Made by a program: the position numbers and the translations under genes. From contig NC_087437.1 of the NCBI RefSeq assembly GCF_036321535.1, positions 19,532,001-19,596,000 of the forward strand: a stretch of 64,000 bases of DNA, written 5' to 3'. Source of the stretch: Camelus dromedarius (Eukaryota). Below, in pieces: positions 51,521 through 62,271 of this stretch. The notes under the pieces are model-generated. The model saw only the letters and a list, made by a program, of their open reading frames with translations. It did no database searches and was not told the DNA's origin. Positions within the stretch are counted from its first letter, which is position 1. The number at the start of each line of letters is the position of its first letter.

Positions 51521-51726
51521 AAGAAAAAAAAAAGTACCATTTCCTATAAACCAACACTGTTCAAGATGGGTTTAATTTAATTTTATTATTATTTCTGTTT
51601 TTTTCCTTTTGGGGGGGAGGCAATTAGGTTTATTTATTTATTTATTTTACCAGAAAGTACTGGGGATTGAATCCAGGACCTTGTAAATGCTAAGCATGTG
51701 CTCTACCACTGAGCTATACCCTCCCC
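51521..51726 (-). mobile_element. Camelid SINE (Vic-1 type) with ~50 nt extra 3' sequence
   Basis: SINE body and tail ~51571-51726; 11-bp TSD TCTGTTAACTT at 51510-51520 / 51730-51740. Confidence 0.85.
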
Positions 51727-51774
51727 ATCTCTGTTAACTTTTTGGATAACCCATCTCCCTTCCTTTCTTCTGAT

Positions 51775-51965
51775 CAGTCATTCTCAATGTGCAGTCTGTC
51801 GACCAGCAGCAGGAGTAGCAGCCTCTGGGAATTTTTAGAAATGCAAATTCTCAGGCCCCAGCCCAAGATACACCGAATCAGAAACTCTGGGGGCTGGGGC
51901 CCAGGGATCTGGGTTTAACAAGCCCTCCAGGGGCTTCTGATGTTTGCTCAAATTTGAAAACCATG
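51775..51965. mobile_element. MER5A/B hAT-Charlie
   Basis: 'ttagaaatgcaaattctcaggcccc...gaatcagaaactctggggg...tttaacaagccctccagg'. Confidence 0.88.
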
Positions 51966-52059
51966 CTCAAGAGAGGGGAAAGAGACATATTTATCACCCC
52001 ACTGAGCATTTTCAGATCTGGCCTCTGCTCAGTGATGAGGGAGAAAACTGTGCTGTGAG

Positions 52060-52520
52060 TGAGACAGGAGGGAAAGAGGCAGGGTACAACCATTAAAAGA
52101 ACGACACAGCCATTGAGGATACACCATAAACTGGTTAGAACCAGTGCAGACCAAGATGGCGGAAGATTCTACTCCCAGCAGACCTTGAGCCCCATCGAGG
52201 CTCGTTGTAATACATAAGCACGCTAAACCACACACCCGCAGGTGCCGTGACCGTTCCCAGGCTGACCATAAAAGGACAACTCCTGGAAATCCCCACCCCT
52301 TTCCCAGAACAGAATAATCCACCCACTTGTGAGCACATGAAATTACCCAGCCCATAAAAAATAACAACCTAATACCCTGGGGCCGCCTCTCGTGCCTTCT
52401 GAGACAGCCCACACTCTGTCTATGGAGTGTGTATCTCCCTGAGTGAATCTACCTTCACTTTACTATTGCTCGTTTTTGAATTCTTTCCTGCATGAGACAA
52501 GAACCTATTCACTGGCAACA
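52060..52520 (+). mobile_element. MER41-like ERV1 solo LTR
   Basis: TGAGACAGG...GCAACA termini; MER41-type blocks 'ccaagatggcgg', 'cccctttcccagaa...gaataatccaccc', 'ctctgtctatggagt', 'gaattctttcctgcatgagacaagaacc'; TSD not clean. Confidence 0.8.
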
Positions 52521-52676
52521 TGCACAGTGACAGGTTTCCTGGGCAGGAGAGAAAAGAGCTAACAAGCTGGATGACACTGGTTCCCGGGCGGGGGCGGCAG
52601 GGTGGAGCAGGGAGGCAGTGAAGGGTCCCCTACCCTCTGCACTGACTGAGGGGCTTGCCCAGAGCAGTGCCTGATC

Positions 52677-52854
52677 CAGTGACCCTCCAACTTCATCACC
52701 CGTTGGAATCACCCAGAGACCTTTAAAAACTGCCGACGCCTGACTCCCACCTCCAGACGCTCTGATTGAGTTGATAGGGAGTGTGACCTGAGGATTGGGA
52801 GTTTTAAAAGCTCCCCGAGTGCTTCTAATGTGCAGCAGGCTTGGGAGCCAGTGG
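52677..52854. mobile_element. MER5A1-like hAT-Charlie
   Basis: 'ggaatcacccagagacctttaaaaact...tgggagttttaaaagctcccc...ttctaatgtgcagc'. Confidence 0.82.
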
Positions 52855-54155
52855 TTTAACCTGGAAGGCCTTGGATGGTGGGGAAGGAGGATGCAGGTGG
52901 CGTTTAGCTGTCCTTTTCATGCCTCTCGGATTGCAAAGTTTAGGAGGTCACCTACTCTGCCTGTGTAAAAGCTGGTCTTGGTGGTCAGAGTTGCCTAAGA
53001 CAAGTGCACAGGGTGCACAGAGAGCTTCCAGAAAAATCATGACATTTCTGAGGCAGAAGACACACTGCTGCTCTCCCTGTTTGTTAGGTTGTAGACGTGC
53101 CATGTCCAGCCTGGCCAGAGCCCCTCGGCAGCACACCTGTACTGCACACACCCCGATAGCAGGACAGCTACAGTGTCCCCAGGTGTCCCCAGTTACTTGC
53201 TCGGAATCTTGAGAAGAAAGAATGCCCTGGGGTCCCACTGGTGTTGGCTCGTGCTCTGCCACTTCACTTCCCCGAGCTCTGGACCTCTTGTCACAGAGCT
53301 GAGGATGACAAAGTGCCTGCAGGTGTCAGCCGTTGGGGTCAGGATGAGGCTGGACCACGTCAGTACGGCACCTGCTGGTTCCTCAACACCTGTGTGCCCT
53401 CTCCTTGCTCTCAGACCGGGTTTACCTGAGAAGTTCATGCCCACCGAGCTGTGGATGGAGGGGTTTCACCTGAGCACACACTCGAACTGCCTGGGGAGTT
53501 AAAACACTCATGTCTGAGTCCCTGTCCCGGCAACGCCTGGTGTGGTCTGGGTCCGGATTGTAAGAATCTCCCTAGGTGTGTCTGCTGTGCAGCCGGCGTG
53601 AGGCAGCCCTGGCTTACCGGAGGAAGTAATGACTTCCCACCGTGTGCCCTGTGATGTCCGAACAAAGGCCCAGGGAGCCCTGGCCCAGAGGGACATGTAG
53701 GGCGGTTTGGGGCTCTGAGGCAGGCCAGAGAGACAGGTTTTTGGTAAGAGGGGGGCCCCATGGCTCCCCTATCCTGCCTCCACTGCCTTCCCAGAGGGCC
53801 AGCCTTGGCGAGGCGTCCGAGGCTGGTCCAATGCCCGACGCTCTGTGCTCTCTCACATTTCTTAGCTGCTGTGGATTTGTCCCCCTAGCGGCCTCAGCAG
53901 CCAGCTTCTCTGGGGTACTGATCCTGGAGGGTGGGAGTGCTTGCACGCACACCTACGCCCACCAGGGTTCCCCTGCTCTGCCAAGTCTCCCCTTCCCAGC
54001 TGCCCAGCCCTGCCCCTCCCTGGGGAGAGAGGTGCTGCTTCCTTTGTTTCTCCATTTCAGGCTTAACCATGATGCTTCACCTCTGGTTCTGGAAGAACTG
54101 AGATTGTTTAGGCCAAGGTGGTCCAAAGCCACGGGTTATGTGAGGAAGGATGGTG

Positions 54156-54302
54156 TTTTATTTATTTATTTACTTATTTTTCTATTTTTTAAAATAAAGC
54201 TAACTTTATTTATTTACTTATTTTAATGGAGGTACTGGGGATTGAACCCGAGGCCTTGTGCACGCTGAGCGTGCACTTTACCACTGAGCTACACCCTCCC
54301 CC
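54156..54302 (-). mobile_element. Camelid SINE (Vic-1 type)
   Basis: 'ggaggtactggggattgaaccc...ccactgagctacaccctccccc' with (TTTA)n tail. Confidence 0.9.
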
Positions 54303-55394
54303 AATAATAAGATGACTTGCATAGGCGGCACTGCGGGACACCACGTGGACCTGGGGGGGAGGTGGTGGAGGTCTGGGGCAGCTTAAAATGAGAATGAACT
54401 GTTAAGCAAGAAGAAGCTTGGGAAAATTTATCTTAGAAGTGCCCCGGGGGTCAAGCAAGCTCTTGTCCAAACCTGACAGAGAAAAAGAGCATTTCACCGA
54501 GTTATTGTGAGCTAAACTTGCTGCTTCTCCCCCATTCACCATCTTCCCAGCATAACCACAGATCTGCCCAAACCACCAGGGAGAAGAGGGAGCATCACGG
54601 GGGGTTGGAATCATGATCTTGCCTTAGAATGAAAGTTCCTGTCTGTCCCTGGGTGAGGCTCAAAGGTTAGCATGTTTCAACCTTTGAAATTCCAAAGGGT
54701 CGTGTCTCCAGGTCTTGGTGCTCATAAGCCCAACACCCACATATGAGCTGGAAGGTGCGCTCCAGATGTCCCACCTGTCCTGCTGCACCCAGATCCTGGC
54801 TGGGGCCTGGCACACAGTAAACATCTGGGAGGAATGGCGGAGGGTGGACGAATGCCCCAGCCTTGCAAAACAGTAGCGCGATGCAAGGCCGCTAGCCAAA
54901 CAGTTGTTATTGGGCATCTGCCTCTTGCTGGACCCTGGGCTGAGACAATGAACAAAGGAAGTCCCTGTGGATGCCTTCAGGCAGCTTACAGCCCAGAGAG
55001 CAGTATTTCAGCATCTTCCAACCTGAGCCTCTCAAGCAGCCTCTTCTGTGTAGAACTCCCTCCCAAATTCTTAGGTTACTGTATTTATTTCTCTAAATAT
55101 AGTCATTGCTGTGCATTTTCTGAGTTACAGATTAGGACTCATGGTAAAATGAGGCAGGACATTTGAAGTCTGGACTTCCCAGGCAAATCTAGAGTGTGCT
55201 GTCAGGATGAGCTCTGTGTGGACAAGCCGTTGTTCAATGGGCTCCGGTGGAGATCCCCAAAAGAAGTGGTGGGGGTCCAGCTCTGGGGCAGGTACATGGG
55301 GCTGATTACTGGGGTCCTTGGTGTCCCCCTATCTGCAGGATATGAAACCGATTGCCTGGATTGAAGTTACAAGCTAGAAGGGAAGTGGGTTTAG

Positions 55395-55635
55395 AGCATG
55401 GTATAGTCAGGAGAGCATAGCATACTGGGGAAGGCATGGGAGCCACTATCAAGGAGGTTGTGTTAGATATGTGATCAGGACAAATTACTTAACCTCTGAG
55501 CCTCAATTTCCTCATCTATAAAAATGGGCATGATAATTGTACCTAAATCAGCAGGTAGTTGGGAAGATGAAACATGATCATGTATGCAAATGTCTTAGCA
55601 CTGACTGTAGCCCAGCAAGCACCTGGGAAATGTGT
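55395..55635 (+). mobile_element. MIR
   Basis: 'caaattacttaacctctgagcctcaatttcctcatctataaaaatggg'. Confidence 0.85.
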
Positions 55636-56906
55636 CCCATTCTTACAAGCTGCACCCATGTGTGTTGAGCTATCAGCCCTGCTACTTGGTAAAGGTCACC
55701 ATGATGACTCTGAGAGCTATGTTTGCCACCCACTTCTTATCATGATCTATGTGACATCTGTACACAGACATCTCGATCTTGGGAAAACCTCACATACTCT
55801 AAATCAGACCACCAGGACCAGCCTTTCCAAGGCCAGCAATGACTTAGACGGTATGGGTAGGAATGGATAGAGGTGTGGGGTGTCCCCAACCCAACTCAGG
55901 ACCATGGACCTCAGACCAGTTGGGTTTAGAAGATGGAGAGGGCTAAGGAAGGAGGGAAGATTGGCATCTTGGGGGAACCAATAAGGTCGCACAGATCTGG
56001 GATGGGATCCCAGGTCCATCCCTCTCACAAGCTATGTGAACTTTGACAACTCACGTCCATTTTCTGAGTTTTGGTTTTCTTGTGTAAGATGGGGTAATGT
56101 TGACGCTGCAGAGAAGAATCTGTGCTGTTGTAAATAAGATGCCTGATGTCTCGTAGGCTCTCAGTAGTCAGCTAGTGCTATATTTCTGAGTCATACTTTC
56201 TAAGCTGGTTGTGTCTGCTCCTCCCTGTCCGGTCTCTCACCCTGCTGACAAAGCCTTTGATTCTGAATGACAAGGCTACAAGGTTCCCTCCATCACAGGC
56301 TGGAGGATGAGGACTCAGCTTACAGAGAGAAGGGGGCTTGTTTTGGTGTCTCTGAAGCCTGTCCAGCCCGTGTGGCCCCATGCTCTGGGGTTTGCATTGC
56401 TGACAGTCCTCGGATTCCCGATGCATTCCCCTGCAGCCAGGCCAGGAGAGGAGCACCACGATGGAATGTGGACAGACATTCAGCCCCGCTCTCCTGCCCC
56501 AAAATCTGCAGCAGCTGTTCTGCAGTTAAGCATTGGGGTTCAGACAAGGCCACTGACCCCCAGTTCACCTACATACATCCACTTCTTCAGGCATGCCGGG
56601 GCTTCACACAGGCCTCACGAAGTTTCCCCTGGGGCTTTTGAGTTTCAGAGACTTTGTATGATCACGCGGTGGCAGCACTGGGTGCTAGGATACTGGCTAC
56701 ACCTTCCGAGCTGGGAGGGCACAGGGCGTTTCCCCATCAGTTGAAGTATGGCCGGTGTAGGTGAAGCCTCCTCATCTGAGAATGAGTTCCCCTCTGGAGG
56801 TTTGTCATGAATTTACTCTTTCGGACTAACTCCTCATGGTCAATACCCAGAGGCCCTTCTCCCTGGTCTGAGATGCCTCACACCGAGAGTCAGAAATCCA
56901 TGGCCC

Positions 56907-57429
56907 AGAGACAGACTCACAGACCTAGGAACAAACTTACGGTTACCAGGGGTGGGGAAGAGTGGGTGTGGAGGGATAAATTGGGAGTTCAGGATTTGCA
57001 GATATGTAAAATAGATAAACAACAAGGTCCTACTGTTTAGCTCAGGGAACTGTATTCAATACCTTGTAATAGTCTATAATGAAAAAGAATGTGAAAAGTA
57101 ATATACATACCTGACAAGGGTCTGTAGCAATGAACTGGACGGAGGGGAGTGAGTACCAAATCTTTCAGGGTGTCGTCAAGTTTGGCTACCGGCTGAATGG
57201 ATGCAGCAGATGGTGGAGTTTTGCTGACTCGCAGCTCTCTGGCTTGATGAACTTGAAAAATAGGAAACACAAGAGAAGGAGTAAGTTTTTACGAAAGGGA
57301 GGTGAGCTCCCTTTGAAGCACAGCCATAACTTGTTTCACTGCGCCTTGCAGAGAATCAGTATGCTGTACACCAGAAATTCTCACAATATTGTAAATACTT
57401 CAGTTAAAAAACAACAGCAACAAAAAGAG
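56907..57429 (+). mobile_element. L1 3'UTR (artiodactyl-type) interrupted by a 238-bp orphan insert
   Basis: Colinear with the L1 3'UTRs at 16945-17268 and ~63090-63370; degenerate 15-bp TSD 56892-56906 / 57430-57444 (4 mismatches). Confidence 0.85.
57111..57251 (-). other. Candidate 141-nt cassette-exon-like unit within the orphan insert
   Basis: Minus strand: CTTAC branch-like motif, polypyrimidine tract, AAG acceptor, open phase 1-1 frame (HQARELRVSKTPPSAASIQPVAKLDDTLKDLVLTPLRPVHCYRPLS), CAG|GTATGT donor; peptide not recognised. Confidence 0.3.
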
Positions 57430-57811
57430 AGAAAATTATAGCCCCTAGGCCAAATGTGGCCCATCACCTATTTTTGTAAATAAAGTTTTATTAGAACACA
57501 GCTGTGCCCATTTGTTTACGTATTGTCTGCGGCTGCTTTCCTGTTGTGACAGCAGAGCAGAGCAGTTGCAACAGATACTACACGGCTGTCAAACCTGAAA
57601 CATCGACAGTCCAGCCCTTTATAGAAAAAGTTTGCTTACCTCTTCCCTGACCATTTAGGCAGACTTGGTACCAATCGTATGTTGGGGCTTGGATAGGAGG
57701 GGATTCGTTCAGGGGGAGATGGGGTCAGTGCTTCCCTTCTGAGAAGGAGCTCCTTTTCCTGGGAAATCCCAGAAACATCTGGCGGAGGCCCACCCAGGGC
57801 TACATGATGCA

Positions 57812-58082
57812 GGTTGTCCAAGGCATGTTCTGCAGACTCCTAGTCCTGTAAGGTGCCCCCAGACAGAGGATTTGGAAGTCAAAGATGCTTGAGAAACACA
57901 TTCCTTAGCCTCCTCTTGAAGCGGTACAACATGTACTGGTATATTAAAGCTCTGAGGAGTCCTGTGTTCCTTAATTTGTTCAGCACTGTTTCTCCAATAG
58001 AAACTGATCACAGAATGTGTTTTACATGTGTATCCCAGTCATAGCTCATAGAAACTAGAAACAGATGTGGGAAACAATGGTC
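57812..58082. mobile_element. hAT-Charlie MITE (MER112/MER113-like, family uncertain)
   Basis: 'atattaaagctctgaggagtcctg', terminal 'tgggaaacaatgg'. Confidence 0.5.
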
Positions 58083-59039
58083 TAAGAGAAAAAGTCAATT
58101 TTATAGATTTTAGAAATGATTTATTTCTTAATTCCAGAGTACTCTTACCAAGTTTTAGGAAAGGGTGGACAGACCACTGGTACAGCCTTTCCCTGTATAC
58201 CAGACCTCCTTTGTGGGTGTTGCAGAATCTGGGGTGCCCAGAGTTTCTCTCTCCTTCTCTTGGTGATTCTGGGTGTGTAAGGCGTATGTTACCCAGGAGT
58301 TAGGGAGGGATGTAAGCACCAGCTTCTGGAGGGTGAGGCTGGGCGGCAGAGAGAGCTCATTTTGCATCTGAGATCATTTGGGGTCTTCTTGCTCCTCATC
58401 TCCCCTGAACTATGCTGATGCCAACACCAGCCACAGGGGAGGAGCCTTGCCTGGGTGGGGTCACCTTGTACTCTGGGATGTGGAGAAGGACGGGCACCTG
58501 GAGGGCAGGCAGCCCCACCAGGGAGCCTCTAGAGGATGGCTTGATGTGCCCAGCCCTGCTTGCCAGTCCGTCCATCTCACAGGCTGGCAGGAGTGACTGG
58601 GAATGGAGGAGGGACATACATGTGTAAGTGGTACTTCTGGCCAGAGTTTGGGGTTGGATGTTCCTATTTTGGGTCAAAGATACAGAGAGCCCCTCAAAGA
58701 GCTTACTGTCTAGCAAGGGAGGAGACTTGTGCCATCGCACTCTCCATCCTGGTTGCCAGACCTGATGTGTGATGCTCTCCTGGAGGCCTCCTAAGGTCCT
58801 GAGTCAGTAAAAGGAGAAGCCAGAGGCAGCCACAAGCGAGTGGGACCAAGGTGGGAAAATAACGGGGACATATTGAAACATTAAAACAAGGGCCAGGGAA
58901 GGAATTTTGGTTCAGTACCCCACTGTGGGTTCAGACCTGTCTTGCAGGAGATGAGATGTAAGAAACAGGTTTATGTGACGGAAAACAAATGAACAAATCT
59001 GCCAGACAGAATTAAACCTGCTCCAAAAATGAGCAGAAC

Positions 59040-59526
59040 ACCTAACAAGTAATTTAAAAAGTCTGAATGAAACAGCAGTGAGAATCCATTTTTTTTTCTG
59101 GATCAGAATAGCAAGACTTTTTAAAAGGAAAATAATCAAATGATGGAAAGGCAGTGGGAACTTGGCCCTGTCTCACTCTGCTGATGGCTAGGAACATTGC
59201 TGCGACATTTCTGTATGCCACAGGAGCCTTCAAAATGCTGCTACCTTTTGACCAGATGGTGTCACTTCTAGAAATCTGTCTAAGGGAATGATCAGAAGTG
59301 GAGAAGAAAAACCTTTATGAACAAGGATGTTTGTGCAATACTTATAATATTGAAATACTGGAAGCCTTTTAAGAGTTCAAGGAAGGATTAAATCAAGTGA
59401 CCCCTCCTACAATGGAATATTTTACAGAATGTAAAGTGATATTTATGAAGGTTTTTTTTTAGTGGTATGAAATTCTTTTGATATAGCATTACATGAAAAA
59501 TGCAAAAGGGTAGAGAACTATTGTCA

Positions 59527-59602
<76 letters not shown>

Positions 59603-59722
59603 GATGTGAGAAACAAAATTTAAAAATACCTGTCGATGCATGGTGGGACTATGAGTAATTTTAAGCTTTTTTCTTTCATGCATTTTCCAAATTTTCTGCA
59701 ATGATCATATACCATGTTTTTC
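59040..59722 (+). mobile_element. L1ME-like 3' fragment
   Basis: 'accttttgacca...cacttctagaaatctgtctaaggg', 'acaatggaatatt', 'ttttccaaattttctgcaatgatcatata'. Confidence 0.7.
59529..59598. repeat. (AT)35 microsatellite
   Basis: Perfect 70-bp dinucleotide run. Confidence 0.97.
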
Positions 59723-60444
59723 ACCAGCGCATCTGAGCAATTTCTTTAGCATTCCAGAGAAAGGATGGAACATTGGCCTGAAGTCATCAGGAGATGCTTC
59801 CTGAAATTGCTGAGTATTGAGAAAGACTCTGCGTAAAACGCTCAGCGCCGCTGCCCGAGGTGGATCCGGTGGGCTTACTCTTCCCCCTTGGCAGTGGGGG
59901 AGCCTGAGACAGGTGGGTACGTGCCTAGCTGAAGGTCACTCCCTGGCATTAGCAGTCAGGGTGCGAACGCAACTCCCAATTCCAGGCACGTGGCTTTTCC
60001 ATTAGGCCCAGCTGCCTGGCAACAGAAGGAGCCTGTGGGCATCTGCTCGTTATCTCCCAGCCCTCGCCCTCTGATTGTTTATCTGGAGTGACTCTGCGGC
60101 GGAAAGCCTGGGACCCCCGCCCTGGCCAGCCTGCATCTCCGAATCACGAATCACTGGGGCACTGCTTGGAGCTGCCAGCTTTCGGAGCGCACTCCTCCAT
60201 GTTCACTGCGACTGAGTCATCCCCACCCAACGAGCAAGAGCAGGTGATGTCCTCCTGTCTGCAGCGTCTCATTCTGGGGAGACTCTGCAGTCCCTGGAGT
60301 GCCTTCCAAAAGCAGCTATTGTTTTGAGCAACACCTGATCAGAATGTGCACTCCGGGTTTTTGCAACTTTCCTGGAAGAAAGCAGTGGCAGAGACTGGTG
60401 CCGGGGGGCAGAATGTGTAAGGAAACAGCCCACAGAAAAACAAA

Positions 60445-60660
60445 TGTGACTTGATGTGAAGAGTAGGGATTTTGGCGTCAGACAGACTTGGGTTTGAGTC
60501 CTGCCAACAACCGTCTCCCAGTAGAGGTTCCTTGGGTCAAGTCACTGAATTTGAGCCTCAATTTTCCTCATCTGTCAAGTGGGCATGATAATACCAACCT
60601 CAAGAGGAGAATTAAACAATTTGACAGGGATGCTCCAAAAATGTGCTACTATGACTAAGG
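60445..60660 (+). mobile_element. MIR
   Basis: 'gtcagacagacttgggtttgagtcc...gagcctcaattttcctcatctgtcaagtggg'. Confidence 0.8.
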
Positions 60661-61164
60661 ACAATGATGATTTTAAAATAAAGTTACTACTTACCTTTAA
60701 ATATAATTGGGTAACATTTTATTGAATTCTAAACACATTGTAATTGAATGATGCAATATGGAACATGCAGGATCAGTTGGGAACCATTGGAGCTGTTTGT
60801 CTGAGAGACTATGAGAAGGATGAGCAGACTGCAGTACTTTTAGGAGGACAGCACTGCCACGTGGAGGGCGGTGCAAATCCAAGGGCAGATGCTGCGGGCC
60901 CCAAAGCTACTGAGAGCACTGTGAAGGGGTCTGAGTTTGGCTTGGTTGAGTCCTTATGCAGGAGGGAGGCAGAGCCCACAGTCCCCTCACTCTGCCCACA
61001 GGTCACATCATTCCCATCACGTGCATCAGCTCATTTCATTCCCATTATTCTTCCAGATCTGCTCAAACCTTCTCTTCCCGCTCCCATCCCTGCCTCTCCA
61101 TCCAGGAGTCCCCAAGTGGGTCAGCGTGGTTTCATCCAGTCTCTGACGCTATCGCTGTACCTTG

Positions 61165-61760
61165 TCTGAGGGGCTGTGTGGAGTAGTGGGAAAAGCCGTG
61201 GTACCAGACAGAACCAGACAGTCTCTGCCCTGCATCAGTTCTGTGGCCAAGGGCAGGTTATACAGCTGTTCTGAGTATCAGTTTCATTCTATGGAAGTGT
61301 GAATTGTGATCATAGTTATCAACTTTGGAGCACTTGTGATGTACCAGAGACTATGCCTAGCACTGTAAAGACATTATTTTTCTAAGTCTCTGTGCATATG
61401 AAGTAGGCAGTGGCATGCTGGTAAGTGGGTCTCTAAAAAGAGCAAGGCTTGATGTGTAGTTTGCCTATTTTTGTGGTGCAAATATTTTCACCTTGGTTAA
61501 TTTCAACGTGCCAGCTTGTCATCACTAAACCCAGAGCTGGGAAGAGAGGTGCACAGTCAGCTCTGATAAACTGGGAGAGCTGGTATCTAGCATGGAGGGA
61601 GGTGCACCATCATCCCAGTTCTGTGGGTGCAGAAACTGAGTCTCAGGCTCAACTGACCTGTGTAAGCTCCCCTGGGTGATAAAGGCAGAGCATCAACTCT
61701 GACTCAGGCTGCCTACCTCCATAGCCTGTGTTCTCTCTGCTTCACTCAGCCGTGGCACTG
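61165..61760. mobile_element. MIR fragments (61165-61310 +; 61315-61760 -, split by MER63)
   Basis: 'ctgagtatcagtttc'; 'gcagaaactgagtctcagg'. Confidence 0.65.
61408..61598. mobile_element. MER63A-like hAT-Blackjack
   Basis: 'cagtggcatgctggtaag...tgatgtgtagtttgcctatttttgtggtgcaaata...agagctgggaagaga'. Confidence 0.75.
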
Positions 61761-62271
61761 ATCCAAGAATCACATAGGACAAGGGCACTTTTGATGTGGC
61801 ATGATGCCCAGTGCACACAGTAGGTGCTTAGAAACAGTGGCTCTGGTTGAAATCATTTGAATGACAATGTCACCAGCTGGTTTTCCAGGCTTTGTCTGAG
61901 GATGGGCAGAAGCGACTCTGGAAGGACTGGGGTGGAGAACTCCCAGGCTGCTCCCCCATTGCTGTCTCCTTCCTGCCAGCAATTTATATCTTTACCTACC
62001 TCCCTGGTGAGTACATTTGAAAAATGCTGTTGCAGTTAAATGATGACCCCTGCAGCTGCCAGAGGGCAGTTTGGTATTTCACACTATTTAGCACAAAGTT
62101 TCATAAACATATTGAAGATGGCCCATGTCTAAAGGAAAATGCATGGTTAGAAATCCCGCTGGTCACTGTGGGAGTGGGAGAGAGCACAGGCCTCCTTCGT
62201 GGGCGTCTGCGGGGACAGAAGCTTCCAGGGAATCTGTTTGATCACCCCTTGGTCATTTAAAGAAACTCGCC

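Larger units (their letters stand above)
56884..57645 (+). mobile_element. MER58A hAT-Charlie split by L1 (pieces 56884-56906 and 57430-57645)
   Basis: 'ggccaaatgtggccc...tttttgtaaataaagttttattagaacacagc...gcccatttgtttacgtattgtct...ccctttatagaaaaagtttgc'; 5' piece 'gagtcagaaatccatggccc'. Confidence 0.85.

Noticed and set aside
53642..54226. 194-aa ORF
   Set aside because: Runs through a MIR and a SINE tail; no recognisable protein.
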